From a virus: 64,000 bases of DNA. The notes below the pieces were generated by a model. The model saw only the letters and a list, made by a program, of their open reading frames with translations, did no database searches and was not told the origin of the DNA. The first letter of the stretch is position 1, and each line of letters starts with the position of its first letter. Of the stretch, positions 1 through 9,504 are shown in pieces. A program made the position numbers and the translations under genes. The stretch covers positions 1-64,000 of the IMG/VR virus record IMGVR_UViG_3300037141_000236; one strand, 5' to 3'.

Positions 1-147
1 CTTGCAGCAATTTCTAAGGACTTTGCAAAAGCAGGAGTACAAGCTACACCTGACCAAATCGAAGCTGAACTTATCAAGAGAACAGGCGCGGCAAAAGCAG
101 CACAAGCAAACAAGACGTATTCAGGAACAGCTTCTTATCACAAATAA
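1..147 (+). CDS. 3' end of a hypothetical protein (partial; runs off window start)
   Basis: Frame-1 ORF LAAISKDFAKAG...SYHK* ending TAA at 145-147, with phage-like codon usage. Confidence 0.6.
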   Translation, partial: LAAISKDFAKAGVQATPDQIEAELIKRTGAAKAAQANKTYSGTASYHK

Positions 148-214
148 GGAAATTCAAGAATCTCATCAATATTTAAAAGCAAGTAGCAATACTTGCTTTT
201 TTATTTATATCAAA

Positions 215-985
215 ATGAACAGAACTAAAGAAAGATTACTCCTAGACGAATCTAAATTAGACTATCGTAAAAGACCGAATGCCAAAGCTCAAGTCTTCCT
301 TATGGAAGTAGAGGGTGGCGCGTCTTATATAGAAAGAGCTAAGGCCGATCCAAACCTACCTATATATTGTGTGGGAATCATACAATCAGGTGATAAGCCT
401 AATAGAAACGGTAGAATTTACCCTTTTGAATATCTAAAGAGGGAATGTATTCGTTATATGGAAAACGAAGTAAAGAATGGAACTTCATATGGTGAATTGG
501 ACCATCCTGAAAATTCTACCTCTCCAGCTTTATCAAATGCATCCCACACAATCGAAGAAATTTGGTTTAAAGGGACAGACGTTTGGGCAAAGATCAAAAT
601 ATTAAATGCTTTCATGCCAGACAGAGCGCCAGGTAAAATGGCAAGAGGCTTTCTATTGAATGGAAAAGCAGTTGGTATTTCATCAAGAGCTTTGGGATCA
701 TTAGAAGAAGATTCTACAAGTGATTACGATGTTGTAGCAGAAGACTTAGAAATGATATGTTGGGATTTAGTTTCCAATGCATCGAACTATGGTTCAGAAA
801 GCATGAAAATGGTAACTGAAGGTAAAAAATCTAAAATGTTAACAGAATCACAATGTTTCGGACCAAGCTGTGGTATTGCATCAAAGCCTAAATTGTTCCA
901 AGAGCTAACAGAATCAGAGAAGACTTACGTTAATTTGATAGGTGTTGAAAAGTTTTTGCAGATACAAGCAAGACATAAGGGTTAA
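215..985 (+). CDS. gp21: Prohead core protease (T4 gp21-like)
   Basis: Motifs NRNGRIYP, GELDHP, SH, GISSRALGS, WDLVSNAS. Start placed at ATG 215, just after a TATTTATA box at 202-209. Confidence 0.92.
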   Translation: MNRTKERLLLDESKLDYRKRPNAKAQVFLMEVEGGASYIERAKADPNLPIYCVGIIQSGDKPNRNGRIYPFEYLKRECIRYMENEVKNGTSYGELDHPENSTSPALSNASHTIEEIWFKGTDVWAKIKILNAFMPDRAPGKMARGFLLNGKAVGISSRALGSLEEDSTSDYDVVAEDLEMICWDLVSNASNYGSESMKMVTEGKKSKMLTESQCFGPSCGIASKPKLFQELTESEKTYVNLIGVEKFLQIQARHKG

Positions 986-1047
986 AAAACAATGAATTTT
1001 CAAACACGCGTATATTTAATAATAATCAATTACAAATAAACAAATAA

Positions 1048-2808
1048 ATGGCTAAAATTAACAAAAACAAAACACATGACGTATTTTCCGGTGTTAAATA
1101 CGTTGACAGGTTGTTAAATGAAGCTGCCGGAATCAAGAGTCAGCCCAAGAAGAAACTTTCATTTGAAGAAAAAATGAAACTTAAACTTAAAGAAGGTGCG
1201 CTTGACGAAACAGCTGAAATGACAGAAGATGAGTTGAAGGAATACAACTATCAACATCCTTATAACTATAACTACGATGGAAACAACGAGTATTTAGGTG
1301 AAGATGAAATGGAAGAAGATTTCATGGATCCTCTAGCTGCCTCAGAAATGGGTGTAGAAGGTGGTCTTGAAGGACGCGAAGATGATATGTTCGACGACGA
1401 AATGGGCGATGAACTAGGACATGATGAATTTGGTCTTGAACCAGAAGCACAACGCATGGCAACACATGACATGGAAGGTGAATTTGGATTAGAAGAACCA
1501 GAAGAACATGAGCATGAATCAGAATTTGATTTTACAGAAGATGCAGAACTTATGGAAGCATTACTTTCAGAAGCAGATCCAGCATTAGATGCTCCAGACG
1601 ACACAACAATTACTCCAGGCATGGAAACAGGCGCACCAGCAATGGGAGCCCCTGCAACAATGGGTGCAGAAGTAGGTGCTGAAGACGGTGTTGCTCCACT
1701 AGAAGCTACTCCAACAGAAGGTGAACCAGAAATGGGCGCTGACATGGGAGCTGATATGGGTGCAGACATGGGTGGTGCACCAATGGGCGGAGGCGCTTCT
1801 CCGATGGGTGCTGCTCCAGCAGGAATGGAAGAACTAGGAATGGATATGGCTTCAACTCCAGTAAACGAGCCAGAAGATATCGATCAATTAATTGCTGATC
1901 TAGTAAAAGGAACAGGGCATGAAAGCGAAGAGCAACCAGCTATGTTCGGAGAAGGTAAAGAAAAAGATCTTGAAGAGAACGAATTAAAAGATTTAGGTTA
2001 CACTGATTTAAAAGACCAAGACCTCGTTGGCAAAGTAAAAATGGAATCAAAAGAAACAAAAGAAAAAGAAGCTGCAGCTAAGAAAAAAGAAGCAGAAGCT
2101 AAAAAGAAAGAAGCCGACAAGAAGGAAGCTGAAAAGAAAGCCGACAAGAAGAAAGAAGTAAAAGAAGGTGAAATCAAAATGACAAAGCTTGGTGATGAAG
2201 ATATCACAGGTAATGTTAAAGGAGCTACATCAGGTGAAGAAGTTCATCACAAAGGTGAAGGCGAATTTATTTCTCCAGAAGGACATGCATTCGAAAAGCT
2301 AGGTGCTGAAACAGTTGACTCTAATAAAGTTAAAGACACAAAAGCAACAGCAATCAATGTAGGCCAGTCTCCAAAGTTTGATGCTCTTAAGAAAGAGAAC
2401 GAACAAAAGACACAAGCTCTTTATACTCTTGCAGAGAAAGTAATTACATATGAAGATGAAATCGCGAACCTTAAGTTCAAAAATTTCAAACTTGAGAAAG
2501 TAAATTCTATTCTTGCTCTTCTACCTGAATTGAAACTTGCAACACGTGAAAAACTTGTTAGTAAGTTCGGAGAAGCTAAAACTTATGCTGAAGCTAAGAA
2601 GCTTTACACAGAAGTAGCTGAAATGGTAAAAGATCACAAGCGTGGTTCAATCAACGAAGCTGTTACAAGCCGTAATAAGAGTACAAAATACTTCGGAGAA
2701 GGAGTAGAAGGATTCCAAGAAGGAGAATCAGACGATAAAGAAACAGCACGTAGAAATCTCTTAATGGGATTAAAAGGTTATGACGATGCCTATGGTGTTT
2801 ATGAATAA
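1048..2808 (+). CDS. Prohead scaffolding/core protein (T4 gp22-like)
   Basis: Very acidic, low-complexity protein with a C-terminal coiled coil and many L/I-x-E sites; lies between the protease and major capsid genes. Confidence 0.8.
   Translation: MAKINKNKTHDVFSGVKYVDRLLNEAAGIKSQPKKKLSFEEKMKLKLKEGALDETAEMTEDELKEYNYQHPYNYNYDGNNEYLGEDEMEEDFMDPLAASEMGVEGGLEGREDDMFDDEMGDELGHDEFGLEPEAQRMATHDMEGEFGLEEPEEHEHESEFDFTEDAELMEALLSEADPALDAPDDTTITPGMETGAPAMGAPATMGAEVGAEDGVAPLEATPTEGEPEMGADMGADMGADMGGAPMGGGASPMGAAPAGMEELGMDMASTPVNEPEDIDQLIADLVKGTGHESEEQPAMFGEGKEKDLEENELKDLGYTDLKDQDLVGKVKMESKETKEKEAAAKKKEAEAKKKEADKKEAEKKADKKKEVKEGEIKMTKLGDEDITGNVKGATSGEEVHHKGEGEFISPEGHAFEKLGAETVDSNKVKDTKATAINVGQSPKFDALKKENEQKTQALYTLAEKVITYEDEIANLKFKNFKLEKVNSILALLPELKLATREKLVSKFGEAKTYAEAKKLYTEVAEMVKDHKRGSINEAVTSRNKSTKYFGEGVEGFQEGESDDKETARRNLLMGLKGYDDAYGVYE
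1732..1773 (+). repeat. 12-bp tandem coding repeat (MGAD x3 + MG) in the scaffold gene
   Basis: atgggcgctgac atgggagctgat atgggtgcagac atgggt. Confidence 0.8.
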
Positions 2809-2824
2809 TTCATCTAATAATAAC

Positions 2825-2854
2825 AAAAGAGAGGCTACTAGTAGCCTCTCTTTT
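2825..2854. terminator. Intrinsic terminator (perfect 30-bp palindrome)
   Basis: aaaagagaggctactagtagcctctctttt immediately after the scaffold gene. Confidence 0.8.
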
Positions 2855-2865
2855 AATTTATAAAA

Positions 2866-3372
2866 ATGCGTAACAAAGAAAAACAAAAAGCAAGTCAAAA
2901 ATTATATTATCTAAAAAACAAAGAAAAACGTAAAGAAGCATCTAAACAATATTATATACAAAATCAGGAGATTCAGAAAATTAGTCAAAAATATAATAGA
3001 TCTATAAATAAAGAAAATAGAAGACAATACAATAATATATATTTTAGAAAAAGAAAACAAAAAGATTCTTTATTTAAACTTAAATGTGATCTCCGTTGTT
3101 CTTTAAACCATATCTTTCAAAAATTATTTTTAAAGAAAAATAAAAAGACTGTAGAAATATTAGGATGTTCTTTTGAGGAATTTAAAATTCATTTAGAAAA
3201 ACAATTTGATAGTAATATGAATTGGAATAATAGGGGCAGTTATTGGGAAATTGACCATATTAAACCTATTTCATTAGCTAAATCTGAACAAGAAGTAATT
3301 GAATTAAATCACTATACTAATCTACAACCTTTAAGTAAAATCGAGAATAGAAAAAAAAGCAATCACTTTTAG
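2866..3372 (+). CDS. HNH homing endonuclease, free-standing
   Basis: Basic N-terminal helical repeats, then LGCSFEEFKIHLE, MNWNN, WEIDHIKP, NHYTNLQPL..EN.KKSN; more AT-rich than its flanks. Confidence 0.85.
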   Translation: MRNKEKQKASQKLYYLKNKEKRKEASKQYYIQNQEIQKISQKYNRSINKENRRQYNNIYFRKRKQKDSLFKLKCDLRCSLNHIFQKLFLKKNKKTVEILGCSFEEFKIHLEKQFDSNMNWNNRGSYWEIDHIKPISLAKSEQEVIELNHYTNLQPLSKIENRKKSNHF

Positions 3373-3453
3373 GTACAAAATAATAGAATTTACAATATCG
3401 CCTATATTTAAAAATAAAAATACCAAAGTACAAGTAATACAATTAATAACAAA

Positions 3454-5217
3454 ATGAAAAATTTAAAAGAAAATACAAAGTCTTACGAACTTGGTCGTCT
3501 TCTTGAACGTTCAGAAATGGCAAAACGCCAAACGATCGTTGAAGCATGGAAAGGTTCAGGGTACCTATACGGTCTTAAAGGTCGTGATCTAGGTAACATG
3601 GCTACTTTGGCAGAAAACCAAAAGCGTCAGATCCTAAGGGAAAACAATACAACAGCTGATATGGCAGTGTTTGATACTATCGCTATTCCGATGATTCGTC
3701 GTCAGAACGCTTTGATGGTTTCTCCTAACCTTATTTCTGTTCAACCATTGTCATACCCTAACGGTATCGCATTCTTCCTTGACTATAAAGTATCTAATAC
3801 TAAAAAGCCTATCGCTTCTACGTATTTGAGAAATGGTCTTCCAGTTGCAACTTCTCCTACAGCAGTGGGTGGTGGTCAAGTAGCTGATGACTTCTCAGGA
3901 AACACTTTCGAATCTACATCAGGTTACGATCGTCACTACAACAACCAAGGATATGACAACTCAAAAGGTCGTGTAATTGCACGTGGTTGGAATCCTGCAA
4001 CAAGTAACTTCAATAACACTTCAATCGGTGGTGTTGACGATACAGCTAACGCAGCTTCTTTCTCTACAGCAGTAGTTAACATGGGTGGAGCAGGTGTAAT
4101 TAATATTAACGTTGTTGATTTCGACTTGACAGCAATTGGTGGTATCACTATGGATCAAGCAGCTTCAATCGCTGTTTACGATGCAACAGGAGTACTTTTA
4201 CAAGGTCGTGATTACTTCGTTCAACGTGTAATCCAAAACTACACTGACTTTATCATGTCAACAGGACGTACAGGTGGAGGTTTAACAGATACAGAAGCAG
4301 GACCAGCATCAACTGGAAATGGAATTTCTGGACCTGGTCAAGCTAACAAAGTATTAAGACTTAGAATCATCCCAACAGTAGACGGTCTAGGAGCTGTTAA
4401 CTTGAGACTTTCTTTCTCTCAATATTTGAACTTGGAACTTTACCCAGCGTTCTCATCTGAATTGAAACTTGAAATTAAATCAGTTCCAATCCAAACACAA
4501 ATTCACAAGATGAAAACAGCTTGGACTGTAGAATTAGCACAAGATTTGATGGCATACCATGCTATTGACGCTGAAGCTGAATTGACACAGTTACTTGCTG
4601 AAGAAGTAGCGGCTGAAAAAGACCGTCTTATCATCCGTGAGTTAATTAACCTTGCAGGTCACTTCGAAGTATGGAACGCTGACTTTGCAAATTCAATCGA
4701 CCCTAACCCAGCAAACACAGTATTCCGTGGAACTGAATCAACTTACAACCAGACTTTATTGCTTGCAGTAAACAGAGCTGATGGTAAGATCCGTAAGTCT
4801 ACGAAAAGAGGTGGTGCTAACTGGATGTTGATCTCTTCAGAAGGAGCAGCTAAGTTGGTAAACCTTGATACTTTCAAACCTTCAGACTTAAACGAAGAAG
4901 GAACGAAGTTCGCAGCAGGTGTAGAAAGAATCGGAACAGTTAACCAAAAATACACTGTGTATGTAGATCCACACCTTCCAGCCGAAGTTTGTTTACTAGG
5001 TCGTAAAGGTACAAGTTTCTTCGATACAGGATATGTATACTGTCCTTACATTGAATATATGTTGTCTCCAGTTGTTCTTGAACAACAAGACTTCAACCCA
5101 AGACGTCAAATCGCGTCTCGTTTCGGAACACAAATGTTGAACAACAAGTTCTACGCTGTGGTTTGGATGAAGGGTATCGAACAATTTACGGTGTTTCAGG
5201 ATAGCACTACAAACTAA
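3454..5217 (+). CDS. gp23: Major capsid protein (T4 gp23-like, HK97 fold)
   Basis: LAENQ, PMIRR, SVQPL, KTAWTVELAQDLMAYHAIDAEAELT, GYVYCPYI, FNPR..IASRFG. Confidence 0.96.
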   Translation: MKNLKENTKSYELGRLLERSEMAKRQTIVEAWKGSGYLYGLKGRDLGNMATLAENQKRQILRENNTTADMAVFDTIAIPMIRRQNALMVSPNLISVQPLSYPNGIAFFLDYKVSNTKKPIASTYLRNGLPVATSPTAVGGGQVADDFSGNTFESTSGYDRHYNNQGYDNSKGRVIARGWNPATSNFNNTSIGGVDDTANAASFSTAVVNMGGAGVININVVDFDLTAIGGITMDQAASIAVYDATGVLLQGRDYFVQRVIQNYTDFIMSTGRTGGGLTDTEAGPASTGNGISGPGQANKVLRLRIIPTVDGLGAVNLRLSFSQYLNLELYPAFSSELKLEIKSVPIQTQIHKMKTAWTVELAQDLMAYHAIDAEAELTQLLAEEVAAEKDRLIIRELINLAGHFEVWNADFANSIDPNPANTVFRGTESTYNQTLLLAVNRADGKIRKSTKRGGANWMLISSEGAAKLVNLDTFKPSDLNEEGTKFAAGVERIGTVNQKYTVYVDPHLPAEVCLLGRKGTSFFDTGYVYCPYIEYMLSPVVLEQQDFNPRRQIASRFGTQMLNNKFYAVVWMKGIEQFTVFQDSTTN

Positions 5218-5240
5218 ACATTAGTAATCTATAAAATAAG

Positions 5241-5268
5241 AAACCCTCTAGAAATAGAGGGTTTTTTT
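5241..5268 (+). terminator. Intrinsic terminator after the capsid gene (probably bidirectional)
   Basis: aaaccctcta-gaaa-tagagggttt followed by a T-run, between convergent genes. Confidence 0.85.
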
Positions 5269-5272
5269 ATGC

Positions 5273-5500
5273 TTAAACAATTTTGATTTCTATTTCTCGT
5301 ACTTCGAAGTTTTCAGGAACTTCTTTACAATACAACGACAAATATGTTTTAGTTTCGGGCCAATCTAAAACTTGTTGCGCACGATCTTTACAATGATAAC
5401 CTGTGGCATTATCAATTTTGGGTCTTAACTCCACACCATCTTTTAATCTTCCAGTAGAAAGAAAGAAAAGGTCTTTGGTTTTATGTTTGATTACATACAT
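5273..5500 (-). CDS. Hypothetical protein
   Basis: 75-aa ORF in a tightly packed minus-strand operon. Confidence 0.65.
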   Translation of the reverse strand: MYVIKHKTKDLFFLSTGRLKDGVELRPKIDNATGYHCKDRAQQVLDWPETKTYLSLYCKEVPENFEVREIEIKIV

Positions 5501-5503
5501 AGT

Positions 5504-5695
5504 TTATGCTTTAAAGTCTTCGATATCGTAGTTGCGCAGGTCTCTGAATTGTAATACATACTCAAAATCAAAGGCCATGTCTTTGAACAAATAGGAGGAT
5601 TCATATTTCTTCATGACCTCCACGTTGGCTTTCTCCCCTGGAAATTGCGGTGTTAAAATGTATTTAAAGCCTACAAGTAATGAGTTAGCATCCAT
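5504..5695 (-). CDS. Hypothetical protein
   Basis: 63-aa ORF, 2-3 nt from its neighbours. Confidence 0.6.
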   Translation of the reverse strand: MDANSLLVGFKYILTPQFPGEKANVEVMKKYESSYLFKDMAFDFEYVLQFRDLRNYDIEDFKA

Positions 5696-5697
5696 AA

Positions 5698-6381
5698 TTA
5701 GTTGTTTTGGATTTTACGTTTGAGATCCGCAATGCTTTGGTCGAAGGCTGTGTCTGAATTAAAAGCTTCTGCTTGTTTTTGATGCTCAGCTTTTAATGCA
5801 CTTGCCTTCGTTTTTAATGTGGCAAATAAAGCTCTTGGGTCTTCCTTAAACTTTCTACAAAATTCTTCCTGGGATATTCCACATTCCTTTTCTGCAAAGG
5901 CGGCAATTTCACGTAACCTAGTACTTTCATTTTCATGTCTGTGCATATACCAACACTTAGCAACGGATTCTAAATCTTCATTACTAGGTTTAAAATTACT
6001 GAAGAATAGAAGAATATAAAGAACTACATATAGATTATAAGGGTTAGGCATCCAAAACGTGCTTGCGAATAAAGCCATGGTTGCAATCATAGGACTAAGG
6101 CCCACAATGACTCCGTGCCAATATCTCCTTGGTGACATACCAAAAGAAAAACACGTTTTAAGGGTAAGCTTACCATCTCGTCTGGCAGGCTTTAAAAAAC
6201 AACGCTCACCAAAATTCCACTTTGCGCCGAAGAGCAAAATGAAAAAGAGGTGAGAGAGTTCATGGAATATAATGGCAGGTATTCCAATGTAAGCAGTAAT
6301 AATGTTGACCGTATTTAAAACCCTATCCAAGGGACTCGCGTTAAGCCGAATATACTTACGGAGCATTCTTAATTTCCTCAT
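5698..6381 (-). CDS. Putative membrane zinc metalloprotease (HExxH; M50/DUF3267-like)
   Basis: IFHELSH within a hydrophobic segment, further TM helices, PSNED motif. Confidence 0.6.
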   Translation of the reverse strand: MRKLRMLRKYIRLNASPLDRVLNTVNIITAYIGIPAIIFHELSHLFFILLFGAKWNFGERCFLKPARRDGKLTLKTCFSFGMSPRRYWHGVIVGLSPMIATMALFASTFWMPNPYNLYVVLYILLFFSNFKPSNEDLESVAKCWYMHRHENESTRLREIAAFAEKECGISQEEFCRKFKEDPRALFATLKTKASALKAEHQKQAEAFNSDTAFDQSIADLKRKIQNN

Positions 6382-6387
6382 GTACGC

Positions 6388-6696
6388 TTATTTTTTTGGT
6401 TCGTGATTCTCGCAGGCATCCCAACCTTCATCATGTGCTTGGAAGATTAGAAGGTTAACAGCAACATTCAAAGGTCTCACTTCGTATTTCTCAAAATCAA
6501 TTAAAGCCTCTTTGAACTTTTCAGCTTCTTTCGGATCCAAGAAAGCCAAGTCACCTTCAAATTTACCAGGAGCTTCTTTTTTAATGACCACAAACAGTTG
6601 GCCAAGTTTGAATCCAGGAGCGTTGTTGCTTTTCTTTAAAGAAAAGTAAAGGAGAAAAGCAAGTCCGAAAAATACAGCAGGAATGAAATAATACAT
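6388..6696 (-). CDS. Hypothetical protein with N-terminal membrane anchor
   Basis: Hydrophobic first 20 aa. Confidence 0.65.
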   Translation of the reverse strand: MYYFIPAVFFGLAFLLYFSLKKSNNAPGFKLGQLFVVIKKEAPGKFEGDLAFLDPKEAEKFKEALIDFEKYEVRPLNVAVNLLIFQAHDEGWDACENHEPKK

Positions 6697-6737
6697 GGGC
6701 GTTGAGTTTTAATAATGTTTAAATTTACGGGTTTATT

Positions 6738-7208
6738 TTAATGTTCTGCCATCAAAGCACGGATTTGATGGTTCTTTGCGTACACAGCTTCCATCGCTTG
6801 ATCCTCTTTGGCTTTGAGGTCTGCTTTCTTTGCAGGGTCATTTTCAATGAGACGTGCTGTACGGTATTCACGAACCGGTCCGAGAAGCTTTTGTTCCTCT
6901 TCATACATTTCGAGAATCCTTTCACGATTGTCAACGTCGATATGTTTCGAACGTTCTGCTTTTGGTGCGGCACCCTTTGTTTCAATCCAGCATTTCTGGA
7001 AGAAGGCACCTGAGACTTCTGGATTTGCTTTGTCGGTATGGTAAGCCACCATAGCTTTCTTCATGTCAGCCTCAGTATTCTTTTCCAGGAATTCCAGGAT
7101 GAATGCTTTCTTGGTTTTCTTTGCACCTGTTTCGTCAACGAGTGCTGGCGTAGCAATTTTTGCTTTCGCGGGAGCAGACTGAACTGCTTTCTTTGCTTTC
7201 TTTTTCAT
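6738..7208 (-). CDS. Hypothetical Lys/Ala-rich protein
   Basis: 156-aa ORF with good codon usage. Confidence 0.7.
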   Translation of the reverse strand: MKKKAKKAVQSAPAKAKIATPALVDETGAKKTKKAFILEFLEKNTEADMKKAMVAYHTDKANPEVSGAFFQKCWIETKGAAPKAERSKHIDVDNRERILEMYEEEQKLLGPVREYRTARLIENDPAKKADLKAKEDQAMEAVYAKNHQIRALMAEH

Positions 7209-7211
7209 GTT

Positions 7212-7403
7212 TTATTTGTTTAGGGTTAACTTAAGTTGATTTTCTGCATCCTTCCATCTCTTTTTACTACACTCTGGTCCTATACCACTGAGCACACTTT
7301 CAGGTACTGTAAGTTTCCTTCCACAAGTTCCTTCATGCCAAACCTCAACATCTCTTGGAATTTGATTACGTTCCAAAAATCCTAAAAATGCAAAATAACG
7401 AGT
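7212..7403 (-). pseudogene. Truncated DUF6011-like zinc-finger gene remnant
   Basis: Minus-frame translation ...IPRDVEVWHEGTCGRKLTVPESVLSGIGPECSKK...*. No ATG, in-frame stop upstream, and only one CGR where the family usually has CGRCGR. Confidence 0.55.
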
Positions 7404-7570
7404 TTATTGTATATAATTTAGGAAAATTTTGCTTAAATCATTCCTTATCAAAGGAAATCCTACGCAGAAATATAAATAAAGGGAAAATATTACAACCAAC
7501 TAATAAAAAAGACCAGGATAGGCAACGACTGAAAAGTAAAAATACGATAGGCTGGGAAATAAAAGAATAG
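7388..7570 (+). pseudogene. C-terminal fragment of a homing-endonuclease-type DNA-binding domain
   Basis: FIVYNLGKFCLNHSLS...RRNINKGKI...GWEI resembles the NUMOD-type tails of GIY-YIG/HNH enzymes; antisense to the operon and AT-rich. Confidence 0.4.
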
Positions 7571-8080
7571 TTAATCGTTTGGTTTTCCTACATAACCAGG
7601 AGCAGTAACGTCAATGAAATCATATACAGTAACATCAATTCCTTTATCCACCAATTCTTCTTTTATTATCTGTTCAATGATAGCCCAAGACCCACCTGCA
7701 AGATTTGCTCCAAACTTAGGGCAATGCACGGAGCACTTATGTTCTATGCAGTAAGCGAGAACCGACTTTAAACCGCTTCTAATTGCGTCATACCGTATAG
7801 GAGGCCCCTCTTTGGACCACCCCATTCCATGTTGACCTATAAGATTGGCAATCACCATGTCTTTTTCGACAGGAACCATCTGCACTTCGCCCAGATTGAA
7901 ATTGGGACCCTCTTTAGCCCACTTGCGATACGCGGCAGCTGGTTGAGGCCACTTATTGGAGACAGCAACAACGAAGCCACTTCCCCAACCACCCAAGTCA
8001 TTACAACAATGGACGATTACTTTCTTCCCTTCGCCAACAGGCTCAAGAGCATTTCCGACAACCATAGTTAGTTTTGCCAT
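7571..8080 (-). CDS. Macrodomain ADP-ribose hydrolase (Poa1p/DarG-like, T4 tk.4-like)
   Basis: VVGNA, IVHCCNDLGGWGSGF, IANLIGQ, PKFGANLAGGSW. Confidence 0.9.
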   Translation of the reverse strand: MAKLTMVVGNALEPVGEGKKVIVHCCNDLGGWGSGFVVAVSNKWPQPAAAYRKWAKEGPNFNLGEVQMVPVEKDMVIANLIGQHGMGWSKEGPPIRYDAIRSGLKSVLAYCIEHKCSVHCPKFGANLAGGSWAIIEQIIKEELVDKGIDVTVYDFIDVTAPGYVGKPND

Positions 8081-8307
8081 TAGCTTATGTTTTTATCATT
8101 GTGTTCTCCCATTGATAATATGATTGAATCCACAACTGGGAAGGTAACCACAACAGGGCAATTGTTTGTTTGATGTACACCGCCTTTTGTAAATTTGAAT
8201 ACACCCACAAATGTCCAATAGGTCCCATATACGTTGATGTCGTACTTTTGACATATGATTTCAAACATATCTGTGCCCCGAAAAATTATGTACTTATATT
8301 TTTTCAT
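8080..8307 (-). CDS. Hypothetical protein
   Basis: 75-aa ORF translationally coupled to the macrodomain gene. Confidence 0.6.
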   Translation of the reverse strand: MKKYKYIIFRGTDMFEIICQKYDINVYGTYWTFVGVFKFTKGGVHQTNNCPVVVTFPVVDSIILSMGEHNDKNIS

Positions 8308-8323
8308 GGTTTAAAATTAAGTA

Positions 8324-8578
8324 TTAATCCTTTTGACCAAAAATTTCTTTGTGAATATCAGCGAGCACACTGTCAGGAATTTCCTTCTCCGACTTGGCCA
8401 GCATATAAATCTTCATCAGTACATCATCAACACTTTTAATCATTTGAACAATATGCGCAGCTTGTGATGATTGACTTTCATCAAGTTGGAATGCTTGTGA
8501 TTTGGACAGAGCATCTCTTTGCTTGATTAAAGATTCAAGCCAAGCTTTCACAATTGTATCTGCCAAATTACTTTCCAT
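8324..8578 (-). CDS. Hypothetical protein with C-terminal IHKEIFG motif
   Basis: Start reassigned to ATG 8578 (MESNLADT...). Confidence 0.65.
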   Translation of the reverse strand: MESNLADTIVKAWLESLIKQRDALSKSQAFQLDESQSSQAAHIVQMIKSVDDVLMKIYMLAKSEKEIPDSVLADIHKEIFGQKD

Positions 8579-8756
8579 TGGTAGGTCTGGCAGGGCCACA
8601 ATGATCGTGATCCGAAATAACATCAACGGCTTCGATCGTTTTTATTTCAACGTTTGAGCAAGGTGTGCAAATAATCCCTTCGCGCAAAACTGAAACGTGA
8701 GGGATAATAATGCTTTTTCCACAAGCTGGACATTTATCGGAGACGTGTGTGATCAT
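8568..8756 (-). CDS. Small zinc-ribbon protein
   Basis: CPAC...CTPC. Confidence 0.55.
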   Translation of the reverse strand: MITHVSDKCPACGKSIIIPHVSVLREGIICTPCSNVEIKTIEAVDVISDHDHCGPARPTNGK

Positions 8757-8784
8757 TTGATTGAGTATTAAGTGGTTGATAAAT

Positions 8785-8810
8785 AAAGGGAGGAAAACAT
8801 CCTCCCTTTT
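8785..8810 (-). terminator. Intrinsic terminator
   Basis: aaagggagga-aaaca-tcctcccttt downstream of the 8830..9375 gene. Confidence 0.7.
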
Positions 8811-8829
8811 AATTAGTCAGATTTCGGTC

Positions 8830-9375
8830 TTACTTGATGATGTAATGGTTACCGTTCATTTTGATTTCGCAAATGTTGGCCAGGTTGTAATCCATGATGA
8901 AGATTTCCTTCTCAACACCCTGGTGCTCCTTGTTGCTGGATTTCTCTTTCAGGTACAAAGCGATATCTTCTTTTTTGATCGGCAATCCATCACAAAAGAA
9001 TTCTTCCGATTGTGGTTTCCCGTTAGGCTTAGCTTCCAGGTACACGTTTCCTTTATGTTCAATGAGCGGAGTATTTTTACCGTCCACTTGAATTCGCTGA
9101 CCCCATTTACGGGCATGTGGTACAAAGGCTTCAGGAGCTTCCTCATCTTCCCCGGCTTCGCGCTTTCGCTGATTGTTAACAGCATTGGCGTAGATGAAGT
9201 TGATGTTCACGTTTTGGACCTTTCTCTTTTTCAGACGGCCATAATAAGGATTTCCTCCTTTATTCATTGAAGGCTCGGTCAAAGTGATCAGAGTAGTCAT
9301 CATTGAAGTTTGAACTCTTCCAAGCATAATTTGCAATGCGAGCAAGGTGATTTCGATTGGTGTGCGATTTTCCAT
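8830..9375 (-). CDS. Conserved phage hypothetical protein
   Basis: MNKGGNPYYGR..K, YANAVNNQR, WG, LIEHKGNVYL; preceded by a TATCTTTA promoter box. Confidence 0.75.
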   Translation of the reverse strand: MENRTPIEITLLALQIMLGRVQTSMMTTLITLTEPSMNKGGNPYYGRLKKRKVQNVNINFIYANAVNNQRKREAGEDEEAPEAFVPHARKWGQRIQVDGKNTPLIEHKGNVYLEAKPNGKPQSEEFFCDGLPIKKEDIALYLKEKSSNKEHQGVEKEIFIMDYNLANICEIKMNGNHYIIK

Positions 9376-9415
9376 TTGTGGTTTGTTTTTGGTTGTTTGT
9401 TTCTTTCTTATAACA

Positions 9416-9446
9416 TAAAGATACGGCGTAATAGGTTACCATCCTA
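9416..9446 (-). promoter_or_regulatory. Early/middle-type promoter (TAGG-N19-TAnnTTTA)
   Basis: Minus strand gtaggatggtaacctattacgccgTATCTTTA; same architecture at 45065-45095 and 60962-60992. Confidence 0.55.
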
Positions 9447-9474
9447 CTAAAAACACAAGAAAAACACATTATTC

Positions 9475-9503
9475 TGTAACTGCTTGATAATCAACAAGTT
9501 ACA
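9475..9503. repeat. 29-bp imperfect palindrome (possible operator or recombination site)
   Basis: tgtaact-gc-ttgat-a-atcaa-ca-agttaca, with no following U-tract. Confidence 0.6.
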
Positions 9504-9504
9504 T

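Noticed and set aside
2-214. 71-codon N-terminal extension of the prohead protease in the ORF track
   Set aside because: It overlaps a different-frame upstream gene ending at 147 and an intergenic promoter; ATG 215 is the better start.
1272-2207. Minus-strand Ser-rich and Phe-rich ORFs (1272..1769, 1998..2207) and similar shadows such as 22652..23278 and 8761..9270
   Set aside because: These are antisense shadows of Glu/Lys-rich genes with biased codon usage.
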